Position numbers and translations under genes: made by a program. Positions 50,502-64,000 of a stretch of DNA of 64,000 nucleotides are shown piece by piece (positions within the stretch are counted from its first letter, which is position 1; every line of letters begins with the position of its first letter). Below the pieces are notes generated by a model, which did not search any database, was not told the DNA's origin, and was given only the letters and a program-made list of their open reading frames with translations. The DNA is from Eledone cirrhosa (lineage: Eukaryota): the NCBI GenBank assembly GCA_964016885.1, contig OZ024740.1:411246001-411310000 (forward strand), written 5' to 3'.

Positions 50502-50699
50502 TTTTGATTATAGATCAAGTCAAGTGCTATTTTCTTTTTAGTTGTTATTCAGCATCATGTATTTACATCAACAACTATGTTTAGATCTGACGTTATTTAA
50601 TGGAGATTTCTTTGTTAGCTAATTTAAGACCCCTCGAACAATCCATCCCTGAAAAATGAGCCATCTATGTTCCCTAGGCCGAATACCACAGTTATATGT

Positions 50700-51300
50700 T
50701 GTGTTGGAAGAAAACTGGCTTTGTTGCTTCCACGAGGTGTCGCAGTGAAGCAGAGATATTGTAGGTACTGTTGGAAATTATAATTGAACAAAGTAGAAAC
50801 AAATTTATCAATCAAACAATGTATTGCATAAATGGGATTGTAGATGCCTTATAAAACGAAATCTTAATATTCTAGGTGGAATAATAGGTAACAGGTTGGT
50901 GTAGACATTACATATGCCTCGCATATATAATACAAATGTAAGTAAACATCTATGGCGAAATAATAAAGGAGTTATCGAAAGTTGAACAGCTACAAATGTC
51001 CAAATTATATCAGAAAATGGAGCATACTGTTCAATTACAACCACATATTGTGCCACCTGTCGCAACTGCAAAGATGGTCGAATAATGAAAACTGATGTCA
51101 GCACAAGAAGGGGACTAGTAGTATCACCACCAAAGCCTGTTGGGAAGAAAAGACGCAAAGGAATCATGGAAATGATTGGCCGCTCGTTGAAGCAGACCAG
51201 TTTTGTTGAGTGAAAGCAGAAGATATGCAACATATGTGATGTGGACTTCTCTCAACGGCTCGATGATGTACTCACTGTCGGACGACTAAACAAAGTAATA
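50700..51300 (+). mobile_element. Possible highly degraded piggyBac-like transposase remnant
   Basis: Only eroded motif-like pieces (VDI...S.I, KRRK, CNIC); no ORF or TIR confirmed. Confidence 0.2.
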
Positions 51301-52221
51301 TGTGAGCTGTGCATAATAGTGCTATTTTCTGTATCTTCCGTATATATGCACTTCATGTTGTTTTGGTTACTTGTGTATGCTTTTTTAGAGTAGTTCCAAA
51401 TTACCAATTAATATGGAGGGAATTTCCTTTTTCATTTTACAGACTCCTGCCTCAAGCCCATACTCATGCGTTTTCTTCTTCCTGCCTTTTCCAAACCAAC
51501 TAAAGGGGCCTATTCTGTCCGGAGATTGCTTCCTCAACACACTACACCATCCTGTATCTCTTATTACCCATGTGTTCAACCTTCAGTGTATTTACCAACA
51601 ACCATGTCCAGATCTTCCTGTCCAGAATGTTAGCCTACATTTTCTACTCAGCTGTTGTCTTTCCAACAGAAGCCGACTTGCAACAGTTGAGATGCTGTAA
51701 AGACCATGGGCACAACCCGTTCATCCAGATAAAGCATATGCAATCTTGTTATAGCTATTTTAAGAAATGTTATTACTTTAGTCGCAGCATTTCGTTTGGT
51801 AACATATATCTATTTAAGAGACGTCTTTTACTAGTGGTCTTTGCAAGTCTCCTGTTTATGTGCATTGGCTAAAAAGTGTGTGACAATAGAGTTTTCTCCA
51901 TATATTCTGCGATATTTTCTGGTGTGTATTTGGACCATCTTTTCTATTCTCGTATTTCAAAATATTGGTTTGAACGCTCCAACTCTATCAGGCTGAGGTA
52001 ACAGAAACAAAGCTGTGTTACGTTTTATATTATGGTTCGTTATATAATTTTCCGATGTTCTCGCTTAAGGCTTTTACCACAACAAAATACAATTATACGA
52101 ATTTCTCATATGCATTTTTTCTTCTTATTTTTCTCGTCTTTGATTTATTTAATTTCTGAGATAGCTGAAATTTAAAAAAATCTTATATGAAATTATTTGA
52201 TTATATTATTTATTCTATTGA

Positions 52222-52405
52222 GTGTGATGGATTGGCAGTATCGTTAGAGTCGCACAATATGCTTCGCGGCATAGAGTTCAAATTCCGCCTAGGTTAGCTT
52301 TGCCTTTCATCGTTATGGAGTTGATAAAAGAAAGTGCACAGTGGTTGATTAATCGATTTTCCCCTTCCCCCAAAATTGCTGACCTTGTGCTTAAATCAGA
52401 AACCA
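52222..52405 (+). mobile_element. Older copy of the same SINE family
   Basis: ATTGGCAGTATCGTTAGA...GAGTTCAAATTCCG...CTTTCATC...GACCTTGTGC...GAAACC. Confidence 0.8.
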
Positions 52406-53439
52406 TTTTAATTTCTTTCTAAGATTGCTTTGATATCAAATCCTAGGGAGTCTTTTCAGTAACAGTTTTCCATTTACATTGCTTAATTTGGGTTTGTCCA
52501 CATAGAAAAGAGCGTTTGACTGCCCCCCGTTAACGTATCCGGATCCAATGTTAATAAGCATGTTTATGAAAAGTGTTAAGGTATTTGGAACATTCCCATG
52601 CCATTACCATACCACTACAGGGATGGAATTAGCGTTTACGATACCTTCTTTGTTGTTTCTGCAGAGCTGTTTCCATTTATTCAGAATATGTTTCATATAC
52701 ATGTATATTATTGGTGCTAACATACTAAAGGCAAATAATTCCAGAATACATGAATGGAGAACAATGTCAAATGGCTTCTGGTCATAAATCCATGCTATGA
52801 ACAGTGCCATAATTCGGTTACCGGATTTGTTGTACGACAATTGATTTATACAATCACTTGAACTTTTGCATTATCCCTTTTTCTTGTTCTTAAAGTTAGT
52901 GTTTTTCTTTAGATATTAAGGTAGTTTTCGCTTTTAACATTCTAAGCAAATGCTGTTAAGGTCTATACATATTTACAGTTTTTGTTTTCTATGTTATTGA
53001 GCATTAATATGTCTCATCCAGTGAACAATTCAAATTGTTTCTGGCAGCTTTAGCATGTCGTGGAATGGTTTTTACCAATAATTTGTGTACTTGTTAAATA
53101 TTTCAGCCTGTATTTTTTATCATTTCTCTTAGTACCTTGTAGCATCTGGGTAATTTCTTGAGATAATGTAGCCTTCTATGTTTATTCAGTTGCTGAAATC
53201 ATTATTTTGTACAGTTTTCTTCTGATTTCCCGTTTTGAATTAAAGTCGACCTCTTTGATGGGATCAAACAATCATATTACGCGTTCTTCGATAAAAGTTC
53301 AATACATCGGCTTTCAAAATCCACCAGACCACAGTTATATCGTAAAAACAAATAAATATTGGTTTTCACATCAAATTTGTATTGTGTTTCTTGAGGTTTT
53401 TAGTGTTGTTATTGATTTTGTTGTTTTTGTTCTTTTATA

Positions 53440-53607
53440 GTTGTAGTTGTTGTTGTTGTTGTTGCTCTTCTTCTTCTTCTTCTTCTTCTTCTTCTTCTTC
53501 TTCTTCTTCTTCTTCTTCTTCTTCTTCTTCTTCTTCTTCTTCTTCTTCTTCTTCTTCTTCTTCTTCTTCTTCTTCTTCTTCTTCTTCTTCTTCTTCTTCT
53601 TCTTCTT
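53440..53607. repeat. (GTT)n then (CTT)n microsatellite
   Basis: Direct reading. Confidence 0.97.
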
Positions 53608-53821
53608 TGTTTCTAAGGAGTGATGTATGATACAGAGGATATGACTACTATGCACTCTATTCTACAAACGATGGTGATTAATCACAGACACAATACACAA
53701 AGTGAACCCCCTTACGCACAAACACAAACACATATCCAATGTACACTTATCACAAAATTTCACCATCCCACTGAGAGCTGACAAAATTTAGCTGACAAAA
53801 TTTAGAACCACTGGTCTACAC

Positions 53822-54437
53822 CAGCGGTTCCCAAACTTTTTCGATCATGAATTAAACTAGTAGTTGCGGAAGGTTGTGTTGTATGTTCAGCAATTTCTGT
53901 ATCTTCTATAGAAGATTTTGTTTCTGTATTTCTTGTAATTTCAGTTCCTTTACGAATTTCTTGTTTTTTTAACCATCGATCAATTGAACGGCTTTGAAAA
54001 TAAAAATGTTAATAAAACTCAAAAATAAACTCATTGACAAGGAGCAAACGTTTATTGATACAGGATACAGCACGTGCTCATTTTGTGAGACTTGGTACCT
54101 ATGTTACGTTTAAGAGAGAACTTAAATATTCAAATGAGATATTCAAATACGTAGGTTTATTGAAAAAAGTTATAAATCTGATTATAATTCTGAGTATTAC
54201 ACGGTGCTCACAGTACACCCTTAATAATGGAATACTACAACCCAACTGAACGATTTGGCTGAGAGCTCCGCAGTGTAACACTCTTTGCATGTTTATATGG
54301 AGAGTATATACCGATCATACACGTTACAACTTGTTAGCCTTTATTTTTATAGTAAACTTCAACTTGCGCCTTACGGAATCCCTGGCCTTGCTTCACGGAA
54401 CCCTAGGGTTCCGCTGAACCCACTTTAGGAACCACTG
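53822..54437. mobile_element. Non-autonomous hAT (Charlie-like) MITE, 616 bp
   Basis: TIRs CAGCGGTTCCCAAA / TTTAGGAACCACTG; exact 8-bp TSD GTCTACAC at 53814-21 and 54438-45. Confidence 0.88.
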
Positions 54438-54486
54438 GTCTACACCAATCGGTACGTTAATATCACTTTATTCTGTATTTGAAACT

Positions 54487-54600
54487 GTATGTATGTATGT
54501 ATGTATGTATGTATGTATGTATGTATGTATGTATGTATGTATGTATGTATGTATGTATGTATGTATGTATGTATGCATGTATGTATGCATGTATGTATGT
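54487..54600. repeat. (TATG)n
   Basis: Direct reading. Confidence 0.97.
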
Positions 54601-56752
54601 CTTCTTCTCTGGTGACACCGCTTCGCAGCAAGGATGGCAAAGAACTTCTTCGTGACTCACAAGGAATTCTACGAAGGTGGCGAGAGCACTTTGATGGTCT
54701 TTTGAATCAGCCGCCTGTCGTCAATGAAGATTTCCTCAATCTCATTCCAGAAAGTCCTGTGAAAGTAGCTCTCGCAGAACCTCAAAAGCTTGTGGAGGTT
54801 GCAGTGGCTATTTCGAAGCTGAACAGTGGAAGATCTCCAGGTATGGATGGCATACATGCTGAGCTCCTACAATATGGTGGTGAGAGACTCCTGCAACATC
54901 TTCACTCTTTGTTTGGCAGGATATGGGCTAATGAATCCGTACCTGAGGACAGGAGAGATGCAGTAATGGTGGTCTTGTACAAGGGAAAGGGTAACAGGAA
55001 CGATTGTGGGAACTACAGATGTATATCATTGCTTTCTGTCGTAGGGAAAGTTTTATGTAGGGTGATTCTGGACCGTCTGCTGACACACATTGCAGATTGT
55101 GTTCTTCCTGAAAGTCAATCTGGTTTTCGTGCTGGACGCGGCACTACTGATATGATCTTTTCAGCTAGACAGCTCCAAGAGAAGTGCATGGAACAAGGCT
55201 TGGATCTGTATCAGGTTTTTGTCGATCTGACAAAAGCTTTCGATACTGTCAACAGAGATGCATTATGGAAGGTTCTCCAGAAACTTGGTTGCCCTGATAA
55301 GTTCCTTGCTTTAGTTAGGTCTTTCCATGACGACATGAAGGCTTGGGTTAATGTCGGGGTTAACATGTCGGAGCCTATCTCAGTAAAAAATGGAGTGAAA
55401 CAGGGGGATATTCCAGCACCCACCCTGTTTGCCATATACTTTGCAATGGTTTTCTGTATTGCATTCAGGAATTGCGAGCATGGTGTTTACATCCGATATC
55501 GAACCTCAGGCAGCATATTTAACATCAGGCGCTTTGCTGCGAAGACAAAAGTATTTACATCAATCATAAGAGACCTCTTGTATGCAGATGATTGCGATCT
55601 TGTAGCGCACACAGAGAGTGATATGCAGCACATTTTGAATGCATTTTCTCAAGCTTGCACTACCCTAGGTTTGACTGTCAGTCTCAAGAAAACCGTCGTC
55701 ATGTACCAACCTGCCCCTGGTAAGCAGTACACTGAACCAAACATCTATGTGTATGGCAAACGACTTGGAGTGGTTGATCAGTTTGTCTACCTGGGAAGCA
55801 CTGTCAATCGATACAGCAACCTTGACAGTGAAATCTCACTTAGGATTAGGAAAGCAAGTGATGCTTTCGGAAAGCTAGAAAGGCGACTCTGGGGTCGGCG
55901 AGACATATGCAGGAGGACAAAAGTAAATGTGTACAGGGCATGTGTGCTCTCTTGTCTTCTTTATACCTGCGAGACCTGGGTCACATATCGACACCACCTT
56001 AAGCAATTGGAGCGTTTCCAACAGATGTGTCTCAGACGGATCCATGGCGTTCCCTGGAGGGACCACATCAGTGATGTCGAGATTTTGAAAGCTCTATGTG
56101 TGACAGTATAGAAGCTCTCGTGCTTAAGCAACGACTCCGTTGGAGTGGTCACCTTGCCAGGATGAAGGATTCTAGAATACCAAAACAACTCTTTTATGGA
56201 GAGTTGGTTAAAGGAAAACGACCGCCACATAAACCAAAAAAGAGGTATAAGGATTCCTTGAAAGCCTCTCTGGAAGACGCTAACATCTCTGCTGATACAT
56301 GGGAGAATATTGCTGCTGATCGTAATTAATGGAGAAAGACTGTATATGAGGGAAAATTTGCTTTTGAGGCATCTCGAATCGCATACGAGAAAGTAAAGCG
56401 GGATGTGAGGAAGGGCATTGCTGTTGCACTTCCAGACGGTGAGGGTCCTCCTATTGTGCTGACATGCAGCGTATGTGCAAGACTCTGCCTAAGCAAAGCT
56501 GGACTCGAAAGTCATCTTCGCAGTCATAAAGTAAGACCAGTGGTTGACTACCAGGCTGCTGTTGGAGATGCTACTCATCATGCTTGCCAAACATGTGGTA
56601 GATAATGTAAATCAGCAGGAGGGCTCAAGCGACATGCAAAAGTACACGAACTCCAACCAAAGCCGACTATTCCCAGTGAATGTTTTGGATGCCGACTCTG
56701 TGCAAGACATTTTAGATCATTGGCTGGGCTAAAAAGCCACATTCGATCGTAG
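54601..56752 (+). pseudogene. RTE RT plus three C2H2-type fingers, frameshifted
   Basis: ORFs 54489..56111, 56096..56329 and 56405..56605 with continuation. Confidence 0.85.
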
Positions 56753-57607
56753 CGCTGTTAGTTGCTATCGTGTGTGTGTGTGTGTGTAGATATGCTTATG
56801 TGTGTGCGTGTGTGTGTATATGTATATGTATATGTATATTATTATTGTTGTTGTCGTTATTATTATTGTTGTTATTATTATTATTATTATTAATGTATGT
56901 GTGTGTGTGTATGTGTGTGTGAGTATGTGTGTGTGTGTGTATATATATATGTATGTTGTTATTTAGGTATTACTTCTCTGTTTTTAGCCTAAGAAAATAT
57001 CTATATGCGTGTGTAATTAATACATGCATACATTTATTTTTTAAAAATTAATTGAGTTCTTAACACGCAGGATTGATAATGTTTTTGAAAAAACTAATTA
57101 ACCCACGTGTATATTATTTTACTTTTCTTGTGACTCGCGATTGCCTCCCTTTTCCGCTTCGTGACGCTATGATATTTCCTCAGTCTAAAGACTGCTGGAA
57201 TTTCAAATTTGGCGGTCATTTGATGCGTGAAGGAATGACTTAGCGGACACGAAAAATAACTGCGGTAAGAAATTTTTTCTTATATCAAAGTTTAATGGGC
57301 ATCCATTGATGATTTATAAGTGCCCCCCTACATATATTCTTACAGAAAAATATGTTAGGCTTCTACATAAACTGGAAACATTCTCCCAATTTGTAGAACA
57401 CTTATAATGAAACAATTGTTTGGAAAGAGAGATATATTTTAATTTTAATTATATCTCATATAAAATAATACAACTGACTTTCCACAAAATACATATAGTT
57501 AGCACCCCAAACACAAAATTGGGATTATACTTACGTATATCCTAATGTTTGTTGAGTGAGATGGTTACCAGTCAGAGTTTAGCTTAAAGCTTTCTCTGTT
57601 ATTGTAT

Positions 57608-57644
<37 letters not shown>

Positions 57645-57758
57645 TTTTTTTATTTATTTATTTTTTATTTATTATTTTTTTTTTCTTTATTTATTTATTT
57701 TTTTTTTTTCTTTCTCCTCGTGCAATGGCCATACTCGATAACGAGGGGGCAGCCATCA
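54601..57758 (+). mobile_element. RTE-clade LINE, 5'-truncated, with long microsatellite-filled 3' UTR and (TGTA)n tail
   Basis: RT NYRCISLL, PESQSGFR, VDLTKAFD, GVKQG, LYADD, LRWSGH..RM...RIPK; 3' end CTCGATAACGAG...CCATCA, then TGTA repeats (3' boundary inferred). Confidence 0.8.
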
Positions 57759-58789
57759 TGTATGTGTGTATGTATGTATGTGTGTGTGTATGTGTGTGTG
57801 TATGTATTCGCGTGTACGAGCATATCTGAGATAGTCTAAGTCTATTACTTCTATAAGAAGCGAGTCACCAGATGTTCTAATGTATTATATAATGTCAAGA
57901 GGACTGTTTGTAAAAGACTACTGCAGCGCTCGCAGTCACCCATCAAATACATGCGACATTTCGGCGATAACATTTAGGTGTCTTTCATTTATTGTTCACG
58001 CGTATAATAGAAACGGACACCATGTGATGTAACCACACTGTTAGTCCCCCTAAAACCGTTAGATATATTGCTTTATTACAGCAATAACTATATGGATATA
58101 ATGCAGTCGCGTAGAGTGTTCTTTCACCCGACATCCAGGCACTCTACCATTTTAAAATTTAATCGCAAAATTAATGAGCAAGAAAAAATAATACATAAAG
58201 AACTACAATTTAATAAAATTAAATAAGTAATAAAGATTTAAAAAAAATCTAAGTTACATAATAAACCAGCAATAGGTAGAAAACTTTGCCATAAGGCAAC
58301 TATTTTTAAAGTAGCAGAATATGATCTGAGGTAAATTCCGCAATTATTTCTAGCAGGTGAAACAACCATATTTAAACCCCATAACATGCTCATCGAAGGT
58401 GCTAGCGCGTGATTTGAAGTAAAAATATTTGGATGCTATTTTAGTTGACCGAAGAAGATCGTAAGGATTTCTTCATTAGACAATTGTTTCGTAACTTGTT
58501 CTTGCTATGTTTTAATTTAAGTTCAGCTCTGATCTAACTGTCATATGCTTACAAATGCTCCATCCATGTCAATCACACCTTGTTTTAGGTTTGCTGTATT
58601 TCCTACAAAATTATAAAATGAGCTCGCTATATAGATTTCAGATTAAAATTCAAGAGATTTGACTGTTGCGTCCAACAGCTTTAGTGACTATATTGTTTTA
58701 AGCTTTCAATATGCCTTTCATATACAGTTGCTGCTTTCAGAATTGTGAAGGTAAATTTAAGTTTATCCCTATTTCGAAGAAAATGATTC

Positions 58790-61737
<2,948 letters not shown>

Positions 61738-62054
61738 TGATTGACAGGTGGAGAATGAAAAGAACCAAATACAGAACGGTCATGAGTGGCCAAAAATATT
61801 GATGACGTGTTCAATTCTTGACCACTCATAGAATGACAACAACAGGAACAAAGATGCCGAGTGAAGGCCGCTGGTGTAAATGGACATTTGGAAAGTATGC
61901 TTCGTTGAATCGAAATGTATCTGAGGATCTTGCGATTTCAGAGTCAGGTTCGATCATTACATCGATCGTGCCTCGAGTTGGTCGCCAGAGAAACGATTGT
62001 AATATGTCTAATACATTTTATTCTCCGTTTCTTAACTGATATATATATATATAT

Positions 62055-62109
<55 letters not shown>

Positions 62110-62110
<1 letters not shown>

Positions 62111-63640
62111 TTATTAAAATAACAGATTAAAGTTTAAGCAAAGAATCGCTGCTTTCACCCTTAACGGGATCTTCTGAAACTAACAAAGTCAATCTGTAAA
62201 CGCAGAACTGGATATTTCATAAAACGTTGCAACCGGAGGAAGACAGGAAGACGATACTTTGGTTCGTGGAAACGTTCGCTGGCAAAGAACGGGAAAAAAC
62301 GAATAAAACGTCATTAATAGGAGCGGTGAAAAACATTTACGCGCAAAGACAGAACCACGTTTATGGTATAAAAAAGATCGTAGACTAATGTTCTCTTAGG
62401 TGGTGCATAGAGACGTTCTCTGGCAATGAACGAAAAAACGAAGATAATACGTCATATGTGGAGCGTGGAGAACAATAGCACGCAAAGACAAAACCACGTA
62501 AATGGTATGATAGAAGTCGTAGACAATACAGAAGTAATAGAAATAAATAAATACATACACGCAAACAAAAACGTACATACACAAGCATACTCAAAACCTT
62601 ACCATAGGTATACAAAACCACGCACATATAAATGTGTGTGTGTGTGTATGCCTGTATACAAATAAATAAATAATTATATAAACGTATATAAATAAATAAA
62701 TACGTATATAACAAGCGCACACACATACCTACATATAAATACACGAATGTTCGGAGACGTAAGTCAACTAAAACAAGAAGTACACATATACACACACCCA
62801 CCATACGTACGAACCTACATAATCACACAGACGCAAAAACTACCGTATACACATAGCCAAACCCTATGTACCAGAATATATAAAATTATACGCCATAACA
62901 ATCAAATATACGTACGAGAAGGTATACGTACCTTCACAAAACATACGGGTAGTATATACTTACCTATGCAAATAAGTAAAGGAATAAACAAAACATATAC
63001 TTGGCTCCCACATCAAGACGTAAAATATCCACGTATAGATCGTACTATACGTTAGGGTATAACGGGGGGCTGTAATACAAGAAAGTTTTGTGCAATTTAT
63101 GATTACAAGCCGAAATTGCCTAAAGATTTTTTGTTTAAGATGTGGTCTGTGGCATAGAGTATTTCCAGGGCCTCAGCGGCGCAGAGGTCACATGGTCTTT
63201 TATTTCCGTTATACGATCTAGCCCTAGCTAGGATCTCCCAGTGTAACTTATATTGGGTGTGGTTGTCTTTTAGACTCCAGATATAAGCTGAAAGTGACGT
63301 CATATTCCTTCTTAGAGGGTAACGAAAAGAATGGGTATGCATGTAAAGACGCTGTTTGAAACTATTGGCGGTTATCCCTATGTAGCCCCTACGGGACGTG
63401 GGTGTTACAACCTTACATTTGTAGACAATGTTACTAGAGAGGCATTTCCCGGATAGGGGGCAATCAGCCCGATTCTTACAATTACAGTTAGTACTAACTA
63501 CAGGGCTGCACGTGTTCCTACGGCTAGGTAGTTTAGCTAAATTTGAAGCTGTGATGTTATGTGCAAGGTTAGGAGTCGTAGAGTAAGAAATTTTAATAGT
63601 ATTTCTATTAAAACATTTACTATATTTATGTGTAGGGGGA
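62110..63640 (-). mobile_element. Penelope-like element 3' part: Cys-rich linker, GIY-YIG endonuclease and 3' region with a degenerate hammerhead (62150-62178)
   Basis: CNC.....CPL.GKC, IVYKC...YIG, PCDLC..E...ILNKKS; minus-strand CAGAAGA-TCCC gttaa GGGT-GAAA. Confidence 0.85.
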
Positions 63641-63659
63641 AAAATATATACATATATAT

Positions 63660-63785
63660 AGACCGGGTAACATTCCCGAGATCCATGGACGAGTTCTCTC
63701 CAACGGTCTCTCTCCTTCATTATCGCCGCCATGTCCTGCGACTCCCAGACAGTGTCTGTCCTTAGGGCATCAATATATATGTCAA
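63660..63785 (-). mobile_element. 3' fragment of an RTE/RTE-X-like LINE
   Basis: YIDALRTDT...MKERDRWRELV C-terminal motif. Confidence 0.55.
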
Positions 63786-63820
63786 CCTCGGTGTGCCTCT
63801 TCTAGTGTGTCCGTGTAGAG

Positions 63821-64000
63821 TAGGGTTTCCAAACCTGGGCGATATCGCCCACAGGTGGGCGATTTCAACTATTGGGTTAGTGATGAACGAATCTTTAGGA
63901 AATGGTGGGCGATCTAAAATTTTGGTGGGCGACAAAGTATTTTCGGTAATTAAGTATGTTATTGATCATATAATGGCCGGTATGGTTTAATCACAGAGCT
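63821..64000 (+). mobile_element. Probable left end of a hAT-like element
   Basis: TAGGGTTTCCAAACC resembles a CAGGG(G/T)TTCCCAA TIR; subterminal GGGCGA repeats; the other end lies outside the window. Confidence 0.4.

Noticed and set aside
51309-53400. Possible host exons or an old LINE
   Set aside because: No recognisable protein motif or coherent splice structure.
56975-57600. Insertion in the RTE 3' UTR flanked by TTCTCTGTT direct repeats
   Set aside because: TIRs are unconvincing, and a 9-mer match in AT-rich DNA is weak.
63103-63732. 209-aa ORF as a single fusion protein
   Set aside because: Chance read-through from an RTE-like end, across (TA)n, into a truncated PLE.

Overview
Eukaryotic, repeat-saturated DNA; the SINE type and microsatellite content suggest an octopod cephalopod, but that is inference. 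No host gene is supportable. Bases 1-50501 are mostly one nested array of non-LTR retrotransposons, with almost every junction inside (AAT)n/(ATT)n (Penelope-like remnants lie at about 4.6-7.9 kb). The array holds seven R4/Dong-clade RT+RLE copies (two families), always read with (AAT)n. It also holds six Tx1-clade copies (three families; ORF1 with CCHC, ORF2 APE-RT) and three tRNA-type SINEs, always read with (ATT)n. One Dong copy is split by a 17.7-kb SINE+Tx1 stack. The SINE and Tx1 3' ends share a CTTGT-loop hairpin with covarying stems at the same distance from the tail, which points to a SINE-Tx1 partnership. The Dong 5' leader resembles the Tx1 5' UTR and has intron-like GTAAGT...TACAG borders. 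The remainder contains hammerhead motifs in Penelope-like remnants, a hAT MITE, an RTE LINE with three C2H2 fingers, a Helitron remnant and a 243-bp palindrome. All coding elements carry stops, frameshifts or truncations.
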